This document shows, piece after piece, positions 29,631 to 42,700 of a DNA stretch of 64,000 nt (position 1 is the stretch's first letter; the number at the start of each line of letters is the position of its first letter). Origin of the DNA: Paraspadella gotoi (Eukaryota > Animalia > Chaetognatha); assembly GCA_051294375.1 (NCBI GenBank), contig CM119269.1:15325918-15389917 (forward strand). The letters run 5' to 3'. The notes under the pieces are model-generated. The model saw only the letters and a program-made list of their open reading frames with translations, was not told the origin of the DNA and did not search any database. A program made the translations under genes and the position numbers.

Positions 29631-31845
29631 GACTTCTAATAATATTCTTTAGTATATCTTAACACAAGGGTGAATCTGGCGAATCTGGTGAATCTGAAGT
29701 CCATTTCGAGCGAATTCACAGAAATCCATTTGATCCTCGCTCGAAGTCAATCATCACCGAGAAATCGATTAGGATTTTGTCAGACTCACGTTCCATTTTT
29801 TTCTCTGCCATTTTTCCATTTGTCAAATTTTTATATTCGCCTTGTATACCTTCGCTCTCATTTTTACGTAGACACAAAGTTGTCAAAGTTTAGATTCATC
29901 ACAGTTTGACAAATCTATTGAATTAGCTTGGTTCTCGAGCCGCGTCGAAACGTTCTACTGATGATAAAAAACAAATGGTAAAAAAAAATTATCAAATAAA
30001 TGTTCCTCATCTCAGCTTCAATCGAGTTTTCCATTTAAGCAATTAAACAATTAAGCCACCGGCGCATAATAAGAAGACTTTTCTTATTTTCTATGCGCGT
30101 TCGCTTTCGACTTTCTTCGAATTCATTTCGTTCGTAGCTGAGAAACATTATAATCCAATTGGAAACATTTACTTTTTTTTTCAAAGTCATGCTAAAAAAT
30201 AATATTTTTGTAAAAAATTGGTTTCAAGTTCTGCCGTCGTCGCCACGCCTTGGATGAAGAAACAGTAGTCTGTCTTTTCTTTGTGTTTATTCTTTTCTTT
30301 TTCTTTCTTTCTTTCCCTTCTCCCTTCTTCCTCTCATCCACCCCTTTTCTTTTTCTCTTTCCCGTATCATCTCTCCACAGTCTGCACCCCCCTCGAAGTT
30401 TGATTTTCTCTGCTGATTTTTTTAATCTCTTAATTTATTTTGTCAAAGTATCAAAACTTTTCTTGAGAATCTCTTCTCCTCTCATTACGAGAGTTTTTGA
30501 GTCTGGAACTCAAGTAGATGATGACGTCATCGGATTTTAAGGTTTTCGGTTTGAGAGTGGAAAAATTCTACTGAAAGTTAATGGAATGATTATTTATTGA
30601 TTTTATAATTACTAAAAATCATTGAAACAACTGAAAGCTTTTGCTTGAGCGCGATTTAACTTGTTTTGATCGATCGGTCTATTTTGATGACATGACCACA
30701 AGAAAAATTTGGAATGGTCATCATTTTTAGCCAAACAAGAAGAACATGTTTTGAAGGATTTTCTATAATTAACTTCGGATGTTATTTTTCATCTTTGCGA
30801 TGCAATACCGCTTTAATATCGCTCTTTTTCTCACAAAAAAAAAAGAACAATAGCATTTGCCAGAATCGATTATCTTTTCTCGGCCGATGATTTCTCCCTT
30901 TCGCCGTTTGGTTCGTATTATATTCTGCGTCCCAAGTATTGAATCTTGTCAAATAAAATTCTTTTGCTTTTTTTTTTTTTTTTTAAATCGAGGCTCCGTT
31001 AAATAACTGAGGGCGGTTGTGCAAATTAATCTTGATGCGCAAAGAACTTTTTCAGCGTTTATTGCAAAAATATCCCTCCGAACCCGAATCTTCCATTCAT
31101 CAAACGCATCTGGATTTTGGGTAAATTTTTTTTTTCTTTTAAATTTTTAAAACGCGGGTTAAAATCGAAAATAAAAAAGAAAACGAAAGAAAAAAAACTT
31201 GTTTTTTGATCCGAAATAAAAAAAAATTTGATGTTGAAGGAAAACCGATGCCGCTAACGAATTGATTGCCAGTTGGAGTTTCAGAGACTCGGTTCAGTCT
31301 TTGTGAGGTCCCCCCCCCAGCGCTGCAAATATCCCGGCACCGAGAACGCCTTCCTTGAAACCCTTAGCCCTGTCTCGGTAAAGGTCCGTGGAAGAAAAAG
31401 AAACTAGGCTGGAAGATTTTTTTTTTCCTTTTTAATTTTGTAATTTTTTTTTCAAAGTCAATATTTAATTGACATTTTAAACTTTCGTCGTGAAGTTTGT
31501 TTTTTTCTCCGTTAGGTTCCTATCCCTTTGTTTAAATATTTTCGCTCTCATCAAATATTCTCCAACTTCTAAGGTCGATATTTTCATAATTTTTTGTGGT
31601 CATGATTTTTTTTTGATGTTTATCCCTGGGCACCACATTAAATCCGCCCCCTCGATCGAGGCGATCTCCCCGTGTCGGATCGACCTTCGGACCCAAAGTC
31701 GCGAAATCGATCCTACACAAGCATACATAATATTATTTGAAAGATCAACTGGTATTAGTAGTCTAGAGTTTTTTATTTATACTTTAAAACAAAGAACAAT
31801 GACGAAACGACATCGAATTTTTCTCCGCGATTCTTCTCACGTTTA

Positions 31846-31990
31846 CCCTTCAGAATTCACCTCCTCCCCTTCAGAATTTACCCCCTCCCCTTCAGAATTT
31901 ACCCCCTCCCCTTCAGAATTCACCCCCTCCCTTTAGAATTCATCCCCTCCCCTTCATAATTCACCCCTCCCTTTCAAAATTCTCCCCCTA
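31846..31990. repeat. 21-bp tandem repeat (CCCTCCCCTTCAGAATTYACC) x~7
   Basis: Directly visible tandem array; it gives the SEFTPSP repeats in a shadow ORF. Confidence 0.85.
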
Positions 31991-32123
31991 CACTCCTGGC
32001 TTCTCCCTCCTTTTATTTTAGACCCTTAATTTGGCTCCGAATTCTTTTCGTTTGAATCTGTGGAATTTTCTAATGACAAAAGGAGAACCAATCGGGAAAG
32101 GCGTGTTGGAATGAGTGTGACAC

Positions 32124-32197
<74 letters not shown>

Positions 32198-32741
32198 AGA
32201 GAGAGAAAATTATTTGAGAAGAAAAAAAAGAAAAGAGAGTGCGCGGGGAAACATAATTAAGGTCGGAAATTAGAAAAAAAGATGATTTGGGAGAATGGAA
32301 TATTTTGAGAGCGACAGAGACTGAGAGAGATAGACAAAGAGAGAAAGACGGAGATAGTAAACGCACTGTTTCAGCTCTAAAACTAGATAAGATCCTATCC
32401 GTATTCTCTCACCCTTTTAGTACAACGGTTGGCGCGACTTCAGTGCGTTAATGGCTGAGGAGACAGTTTTCTGTCAGCTGGTGGAAGAATTGTGGGCGAC
32501 TGGGAGATAGACGTACAAAAGGGAGATGGAGGGGGAAAGAGGGGGGGGGAGAAGGAAATGCGGATTGCGGAATGGAACCAACGACGACGACAATGACGAC
32601 GACGACGACGACGACTCGAGGAAATGGGGACAGTTGGTGTGAGGCTCGTCGTTTGTGAGCGTATGCTCACAAGCTCAATTCCTTGGCTCTCAAGCCAAAG
32701 GAAATTAGCGCCTCCGAGGAGAGAGAGAGAGAGAGAGAAGA

Positions 32742-32796
<55 letters not shown>

Positions 32797-33349
32797 CAGA
32801 GCAAAAAAAAATCGTTGGCATCTCCTCGTTAAAAATTCCTTTCAACTGATTCCCAAAGCGCAATTCAAATTTATTCTTTTCCGCGACGACGAGTAGAATG
32901 GCGAGGAAGCGAATTTTATTGAATCCTTACGGATATAAATTCGTTAAACTCCTTTTTAATTTTCTCTCTCTCTCTCTCTCAGACGGAATTGTTTTTTTCT
33001 CTTCCCCTTAATTCCATTTTCTCCGCCTCTTTTTTTTTTTTGATTTCTGACCCGCCTTATGCCGACATGACAGAGACGCTTTGTCAAGATCTGAACCATA
33101 GACGCGCAAAAACGGATTTTATTTTTGTTGTCTCGTGTGAAAAGCGAAATGTCCAGATTTTTTAATTTGAAAAAAAAAGAGTTGGATTTCGAATGGCTAT
33201 TTAAATTGATAAAGGATTTTTTATTTGCGGAAAATATCGAGGAATTAAAAACGTGAACAAACGTTCATTAACGATTTATCGATGGATAAACGTTGAATGA
33301 CCATCGAACGCTATAAGTTTTTAATTTAGCGCGTCGTTAAAGAGTATCC

Positions 33350-33393
<44 letters not shown>

Positions 33394-36300
33394 TGAAGCT
33401 TAAAATAAATGTAACTGAATTTCTGAAACGGAAAAAGAAAAAAACAATTTAAACGAGAGAGAGAGAGACAACGAGAGAGAGGGAAAGGAAGAGAAAGCGA
33501 AAGACAGAGAGAGAAAAGGAAAGATAAAGAAACTGAAAATTGGCATTTGCGATGAACAAGAAGCAAAATGATGGGTTTAGTTTGTGTGTGAAAAACTGAA
33601 TGAGAGACTTAATTTTCGATCGCGTATCGTTTGTCGTCGTCGTCGTCGATCGATCAATCAGCAACTTCCTTCTCTGCCGATCATCTTTTACTAAATACTT
33701 GATTTTGGTTCTCTTTTCCGAGTGTCTTAAAAAAAGGTTTAGAACGAACGGATATAAAAGTGTAATAAACTTGCATCTAAACTTTGTCATCAGCCTTGTG
33801 ATTTTAGTCAGTGACCTTGCACTATATGCTATAAACTACACTAATGCGTGATAAAATGATGTTGACAAACCATGACGCCGGAAATAATTTTCTTTCCGAT
33901 TCAAAGTCAATTTAAAACGTGGGGAAAAAACTTGCATCTCGTTATTTACTGTTCACAATTTAATAGTATCGTGCACCTTGTCGTACGTTGCTCTATGTTT
34001 TAAACCGTTCCATGACTTAGTTAGAAATGACCGTTAAAAAAACAAAACAAAAAAACAAAAAAACCGTTTCGTCGAAGCGAGCACGAAACAGAAATTCATC
34101 GTCCAGAAAAACAGACGGGAGTAAACAAGAAATGTTTTTTTCTTGTGGTTAACGAATCTTTAGTCGGTTCGTCGATGTCATCTTTTCGCGTTAAAGTCAG
34201 TTGCCAACACTTTTTCTCTTTCGTTTCTTTAGCGCCTTTGTCAGTTGATGTAATCTCGATGTTCGGTCAATCTGTTCCTTCCTTGACGACTCGGCCACAG
34301 CATAGGTAAAGAATTAGTGATTGAATGAGGGAATGAATGAATGACTGGAGTTGCGAGCGAATGAGAGAAAAAAAAGGAAGCGTTTTTTTTTGTTCCCCAA
34401 AAACTTTCAAGCGAAAAAAAAAAAGAATGACATGGTATCTGCTTTGCCCAGCTGAGGGAAACTCAGCCATCCTGATCCTCTCCCTAAAACTTCATTCTTT
34501 AATCTCTCGTCCAGAATTCTCCGTCTTGTAACTTTGAGATCGATTCTGCTGTCAGACTCCATCTTAACCGATTTGAGTGACATACCGGCGAAATGTAAAA
34601 ATCATAATGAAATGAATCAAGACTTTTTAGATCTTCTCAAGCGTAAGTCGAATGCAATTCTAAATGTAAAAATCTAAAGTAAAATTCAGAAATATTGTCG
34701 TCAGAATCTTTAATACTTATAACATTTTATACGGGATAACGTGACTATTAAGGTGAGCCTTCGTGTCAAAGTCCATAAGCAAAGATTATCTCCTAAAAAT
34801 CGAACCCAAAAAAAAGGGCTTTTCTGCACTGGAGGAGCGCTAATATATATTTATTATTTATTTCATAACATCAAAACAAAACAAAAAATACAGTAGTAAA
34901 AACCAAGCTAAATGCTTGTCGAACGAAACCACCATGACCCCATGGCCCGCGCCCAAACAAAACGCGGTCCGCCTCTTTTTTGCTTTTGCTTACGACTTAT
35001 AGTTCGAGCAGGGGACTGGGGACAGGAGACCGGGGAAGCGGGGACGAGGAAGGGAGAGAGAGAAGGGAGAGGTGGTCGATCGGATCCCTTTTTAAATTCT
35101 CACCGGAAAAAAAATCGTAACGAGAAAAAAAAAACTTAAATAAGGCTTCGCTTCCCCGGGAAGCCAAAGGAGGGCGTTTAAAACTAGCTAACAATGCTAT
35201 TTTGAGCTGAAGCCACGTCATTCAACGTCAAAATGAGTTTACGAATCACTTCTCGATGGATATCGCCTGCGCGAGATAAAGTGTTTTAAATTCAGTTGCG
35301 AGTTTATAATAATTTTATACTAATCTACGACCGAATGGCAAAAATTATATTTTGTTTATGTAGCCATAAATGGTATATTTCGGAAAAAATTAAGTCACTT
35401 TATCCAGAGACGAGGACCGCGGCGAAGAATTCAAAGACATACTAAAGACGCTTCGAATTTCAGATAATACGTAGCGTACAAGCGGATTAGTCGTCTCGGT
35501 CGAGTCGTTTCCGAAACAAAACTATGATAAACATTTTATGTAAAATAGTTAACCCCAAAGTCAAAAATAAATTGATCTGATTTCGCGTGATATGTTGCAT
35601 GTAATAAAATTGATCGATCCTCGAAATAGTTTATCACAACAACAACAACCACCTTCGAACGCGAGATAAACGTTCGCATCGTTAAGGAGAAATGAATCGC
35701 AGAACTTGGAAGGACATTGCAGGTCGTCAAGGGTAAATCTTTCTGAAAAGCCTTTTACAACACGTTCGGAACAATCTTCACCTTCAGAGATGGATCATTT
35801 TCAACTGCACTATTTACGGGAAATGCTGTAGCATAATTTTTTAAACGAAATTGCATTGTATCTTTAGAATCAAGAATCGAGATGCAGTCCGAGCACCTTC
35901 TTCGTTTTCGATATCAACTTCTCCCTAACCCCCTCCCCACACCACCCATTTGCCGAACGTCAAAGTCATCTTCCGACCTCGTTATCTACTTCCACCTCCT
36001 CCTCATCTGAGACAAGGACGAAGCCTCCCCGGGAGAGCCAATCGATGTTTGTCAACCGGAATGAAAGCGAAGACAGGTCGCGCAAGGAAAGCGTTAATTC
36101 CGTGCCCTTCCCGGTTTTCGAAAAAAAGTAAGTTTTATGAAAAAGATTTCGATGCATTTCCAACCGTGCAGTTTCCTTGGAAATACTAGCCTCTATTTTG
36201 CAGGAAATAAAGCCAAGTTCCACTGTAAGTCAGTGGACCGTAAAGGTTATGGAACTAATTTTTTTTTCTTTCAGATTTAAGCCGCTAAGCGTCGTTGAGC

Positions 36301-36713
36301 CTGGGAAACGCTCCAGGAAAAACAAAAGGCACGCTGTCAAAACACTACCAACTGAAAGTATTTAAAGTTAGTATATTTTATAAACGGCATCGCAACAAGT
36401 TCACTTATACAATCTAAAAAAACTAATATTTTCTAACTATACTAAACCCTAAAATCTAAATAAACAAATTAACCAAATATCGGATCTGATTTTATTTTCA
36501 TAAACAAAAAAATGGACGCTCGATAGGCGACACCGAATTAAAAACGAGAAGAAACGACGCCGAGGCGGCGTTTTCAAAAAAGGAATGGCACACGCGGAAT
36601 GAGTTCGTGAAAAATGAGTCGTTCGTATCGATTCTTGGCACGAAAAGGTCTAAAAACAAAAGGTTTTTATAAGGTCTCATGAGTTAACTTTAGGATTTCT
36701 TCTCTTCAGGGGG

Positions 36714-39700
36714 TCACACAAGTTTGTCCAATTGGGCGAGGAGCGATCGAAAGTCGTCGGTAATTCGGCCCACGTCGCGAGTCTGATTCGGCGCCGCCTC
36801 CAAATCGACCAAGTAGCCGGGAATCAAATTCAAAGCCTGAGAGAAAAAAATACGAAAGAGGGAACATAATTAACACGTTTTTTCCCAAACTCGTAGAAAA
36901 AGATATATCAAGCTCTCTCTAAGAACTCGTTTAGTTTCAGGCCAAATATTTTATCGTCACTGGTCAATTTTTGTACTGGTTTCTAGAACTCAAAAATTAG
37001 GAAATAGTCATTCTTTAAATCGCCGGCCCGTCTGAAAGCCAATTTCTACGAGTTTTAAAAAGTATTATTGTATTAAATAACTGCCAGTAAAGTATTAAAG
37101 AATTTGTTTCAAAAACTCTTGTCGTTTTTTTTGGACGAGCTAGTTTACGGGCGTGAAGAGAAGAAATTATTTCACAACTCTCGTCTGCTTTAAAAGAAAC
37201 TACCATCCCTACCGAAGACAAAAATTGCCTCCTCTGCTCGGAACCCGGCGGTCCGGCTCGGCTGGGATCGTCGAGGAATGCAGACAACATGTGATAGATG
37301 GCGGTCAAGAGGTGTAGAGAAGATATGCCCGCGTCCTTTTCGCGGAGTAGACGGTGATAGATGGAGAATAGAGCGGACAGATGGACGCCTAGTTCCAGGA
37401 GAGTGGTGAAGACCCAGCGAGGGCTGGCGCCGAGACGGGAACTTAAACCTTCCAGATGGCGGACCAGGTAGGGCAGGGGAAAGTAACGTTCCAGTCCCAC
37501 GTATTCTTTGCCTGGAAAGGTGTGATCGAGAAATTGAGCGAGAGGGGCTAATGGAGGTGGGTGAAGGAAGACGGTGGGAATATAAAAAGTAAATATTGCG
37601 ACCTCACCCAAGGTTCTGAGTTTTGACTGAACGACGGAGATGATGTCATTGACGTCGCCGTTCTTCACCGTGCGGACCACGACCTCGAAGATCTCGACCC
37701 AGATGGACTCAACCTGGGATTTCGAAAACAAAGAATTTCACATCGTTTTCACATTGACACACACAACTGTGTTTGTCTCCCTCACTCCCTCCAACCAGCT
37801 TTGGATCGTGATGTCCGGCGCACTGGATGATGGCCAGCTTGCATTCGGCGAGACCGAAAGGGTCGGCGAAATCTCCGTAGAGGGTAGAGATGTCAATCAG
37901 GTCCGATCCAAGTTTCTCCATCGCCTCTTGAATCTCGGGAGTTGGGGTCATTTGCTGAATAAATTAACGTCAGCAATGAACGAGGACGTTAACGAGGAAT
38001 ATTGAATCAATGATATCTAAATATTCAAAAGAATTATAAAGTGATGAAACAAAATCAACGACAGGCCCTTCACTCTGCGGGCATCGGTTTCTTCAAATTT
38101 TTTTGTATCCTTACCTGCAAGGCTTCGAGTAACTTGAGCTGCAGCCTTGCAACTTCGATCTTTTCCTCCAATTCGCGAAGAAACTCGGCCTCCGCTGCGC
38201 CGGCCGCGCCCCCAGATCCGCCGGCGCTTTTCGCTGCCATCGCCGCCCGAGCCAGATATTCCATCCTATTGGAGAGATTAAGTTGGGCGCCGGATCTGAA
38301 AGAAGGAATTTGTTTATAAAAAATAAAACCCTTCATGTAATCTCAAGTATTTAATCATAATTTTCGTTTTAAAAAATAAAATGATGACATTGATAAATAG
38401 TTATTAAATATTTTAGGCATAATTTTATTTAATACCTAACGCTCAAGAAAACCAAAAACTCGCCTTTCTGCCAACTTTGCGAGAATTTGCGCGGCGGCGG
38501 GGAACTGGCGCGTCTTCTCGTAGTGCTTCCACAGGAGGTTCATAAAGGCGAGGTTGTTGGGGTCGAGGGTCATGCACCGCTTGAGCCAGGTCTCCAAAAA
38601 GGGCGATTGGATTTGTAGCAGACGATCCTGCAGTTTGCGGGCGACGAGCCACTCGAATATCTCGATGTGGAGAATCTCCTCTTCGGTTTTGAGAGAAAGA
38701 TCAAGAATGACTCGAATCGCGGACTCGGCCTCTTCCGCAGTGAAGGGGTTGGTCGGCTGCGGAGGCGACGGGGGACCGGGGGAGGCGGGCAGGGAGGGGG
38801 ACTTTGGAGAAAGGAAATCGTGAAGGGAGTAAAGCTGCAACTGGCGAAATCATTAAAAAATGGCAAATTTGTCTGCCGACGTTTACCTGTGGAAGTGCGT
38901 TGCAAGAAGCAAGTAAAGTGCTCAGATTTTCACTAACCACTGCGTAACATTTCTGAAAAAAAAAAAAGGACCAAAGCATTGTTGTTGCTATTTCCAGGAT
39001 AAATTCGAGGTTTATTCAAAAATCAAATATTTTTTTCCGATTAACCTTTCTCAAGGTGTAAGCGGGTTGATTTGCTTCTCCGTTGCGCAGAAAATGAGCG
39101 GCGAGGTTTTGCGGGTCGAGGCGCTCCGCGGCGGCGAGGCACAAGTCGACGATGCCCTCGAAAAACTTGACGCCGGCGAACTGCGCCGCGACCGAGGAAA
39201 GATCGAAGGATGGCGACCCCGAGATGGACTTAAAGAGGACGAGAGCCTCGCGCGTCGCCGCCTCTTTCTCTGCTTTGTTGCTCATTGATTTGGAGGCAAA
39301 GAGAAGTTCGTTGGCTTTGGAGCAGGTCGCGTCTTCAGAGCTGTTTTGGAAAAGTTGGGGGAGATTAGGAAGAATAAAAAGAATAAATTAGGCGGGGGTC
39401 GTGAGATTAAGGGAGACGGGTGTAAGTTTCAAACCGAAAATACGCCCACTGACTCTGGAGAAAACTGATTTTGTCAGCGAGAGAGCTTTTGATATGATAA
39501 TTTCATGAATCGCGATTCTTGGCGAATCTCATTTGCATATCGCGGTCTGTATTGGAAGCGAGAGTTTGTGATAAGACGTGGAAGAAACTAACCGAAGACT
39601 TGACTTTCAAAGAGAAATAAATATTAGGAATATTTTCGATCTACAGCATTGGACAAAGTATGAAAAACATTTCCTCTGGCAATATAAATCTGTATTAAAT

Positions 39701-42700
39701 ATGCTAGTTTTGTTTATTTTATTTTGTTTTGTTTGTTTTATTATTTATTTCTTTGACAACAATCCCATTACAATTGTTTGAGATCAGGAACGGATTGCAA
39801 TCATTTATACAATAAAGCCAAAGTATTTCGTTAATACCGATTTTCCTCAGATGCTATAGTTCTGTAATACTATTAATAGCATGTAGAAGCAACTTTACAA
39901 GTGCAAGACAGTAGATGGCATCAGTTGGTTTAAAAATTACTGCCGCGAAAAACCTTTGTTTTACAGGTCTTGACCGGTTATATGGCTCGTTGCAATTCAT
40001 AAAAATTTATAAAAAATTTATAAAAAATGTATAATTTTTTGTCTTTTTTTGTCTTATCTGTCTAAATGATTTTTCATAGGCTCTAATAATAATCATTTTT
40101 CTATACTCTCATAACAGTTTTGCATTAAATTAGATATAAGATAATTTAGCATAATATTTAGCATAGTAAAAAAAATCTAGCTATTTTTAGCTTAATTTAG
40201 GGCGCTATCTAGCATTTTTTTTTTCGGAAGAGGTCCTAAGTAATAAATTCATTTCTTTGAAATGCCCTTATTAAGGCTTGCCTGTAAAGCGAGGGACAGA
40301 GCGCCCTCAATTTTGCCGAGATTACGTCGGTTGAAGCGTTGTCGTCCAAGTAAACGGCGATGAGTTTTCCGATGAGGGAGGCGGAGGCTTCGCGACCCGA
40401 ATTCGTCGTGATCAGCGTCTTGAACGTCATTGATTTCAATTGGGTCAACGCGTCTTGGGGCAGATCTTGGTCAATTTACCATAATTGATAAAAAGAAATA
40501 TTTTATAATCAATTAATCATAAATAAAGATTATTAAAGTCCTACCAGCGCAGAGTACGTGCATCTGGTTCTCTGCAAGGAGCTGCCAAAGCGCTAAAGAT
40601 TCACAAGTCGATGTAACCAAAAGACGAAGGCCTTCCAGGGAGTTTTTCTCGGTCAAGGCGGCTTCGGCCAGAGCCCGCCGCTGGGAATTCAATAGGGCGC
40701 TGAAATATGGGGCGAGCATTTAATTAGGAGTCTACGTCGTTCTTAGAAATCGAGGAAGACTTTTTCAATGGAGATTTTCGTTAAAATCTGACTACCAAAT
40801 AATGTCAACGCCCCTGGGAAAAATTCAGGTAAAAAATAGATGTTAAAACACTCGATTCCGATCCTGTTGCATCTGAAGGGCTCGCATTTTTTTTCTCTTG
40901 ACAAATAACCATCATTTTGACATCAAACCATCAGATTCAAATGGACTGGTCCGCTCGGAAAAATATTTTCGACGCAATTTTTATATATAAAATAAAGGGA
41001 TTTCTCAACTTCAATACAATGTCAACGCATTTAACATATGTTGTGATTTTACAATAAACTTCAAATTCAGGAATCCAATAGCCATATGTCTGAAGGGCTC
41101 TCAAAATTTTTCTTTACATTTTATTTGGTTATTTTGATATGATACGATCATGGGAAAGTGAATTAGTCCATTTTGGTGAAATTTTTATTTAAATTCTAAG
41201 AGTTTTCAACCGGGAGTCAGATTCGGGAAAAATCTTCTATGGCGAAAATCTTCCAAAGAAGGGGTCAATTTTCCGAATGTTTTGGTTAATATTTTCTATA
41301 TTTATGGTAGGATTTTTTTGAAACTTAATATTAACAATATTGCCATCATTCTACCTTGGCCGGTATAAGAATATATTAAAAAAACCTCTGGCTTTGTTCG
41401 TCAGAGCTTAGTCCTAATTTAATGCGACCGCCTAAAATCTCCCATGTTCGCCAAAATCCCTACGATTGATTTTAATCCAATCGTTAAGGCGATTGTGTAC
41501 TCACTTGGAAGCAGAACTGCCAGCAAACAAGAACGTGGCGTCGCCGCTGGGACCGGAAGTTATATCATGACGCAACGTCGGTGACGCACCGGCCCCTAGA
41601 GAGGCGTTGGCGTCGAGAAATTCTCGAAGACCGTAAATGTGTTGAAGGAACCAAGCGAGATCTTCGCCCAGAAATGATGGCGACACGGAGACTTGATCCG
41701 TAACACCTGATTCGAAGAGAACAGCTTCTACAGCCTCTAGCTTCACGAAAACATCCGAGGAAAATTGATATTAGTTCCGACCTCTCACTTCCTTAACGAC
41801 CCGCGCGTTCCAAAAAGGAGCCACGAGTCTGGCGAGATAAAGGCAAAGACCCTTGTGTCGATTGGAGAACACGGGAGTGTAAGTTTGCAACGGCATTTGC
41901 GGCGGTTGATGATGCAGCGCGGATTGATGCTGCGGCTGTGCGGGCGTGGAGACCAGGTTGGGATTGAAAGAGAAGTCAGGATGAATTGATGTGGCACCGA
42001 TGGTTGCGGGGGCCAAATGGGAAGAAGACGCCACCGTCGTCTCTCCGCCGTAAATAAAAAATGCGTCGGCCGCTAACGCCGTCGCCTGGATTGAGGAAAA
42101 TAAGGGGGGGTTAAAATAAAACAAAGTAGGAAGTCAATAAAGTTGTACAGTACACTCTAATATAATTTTTATATTGGTTGTACCAATTTCATAAAATTAC
42201 AGCTCCTTGTATTTTGATGCTAGTGCGGAGTACATATAGTATTCCCCGATCTAATACTTAAGGGAGTGGTCTTTTCATACAATTGAAACATTCTTTGAAA
42301 TATTATACCATTCATTGATAGGGAAGCCAGGTTCACTGGGAATGAATAAACAAGTCTGTGAGAGAGGCTTGATTAAAAGCTTGCAGAAACCTGTTATGTT
42401 ATTATCTTGCAAGTGTGATGGAGGCCTTAAACCACCAAAGCCTGTCCAAAGTCAGGGACAAGATAGCTTATTTATTAAATGGATGGATAATTTTTATATT
42501 GGTTGTACCAGTTTCATAAAAAATTATGTAGGAGTCTACGTCGTTCTTAGAGATCGAGGAAGACTTTTTCAATGGAGATTTTCGTTCAAATCTGACTACG
42601 CTCCTGGTAAAAATTCTGGTAAAATATCGATGTAAAAACACTTGATTCCGATCCTGTTGCATCTGAAGGGCTCGCATTTTTTTTCTCTTATCAAATCATC

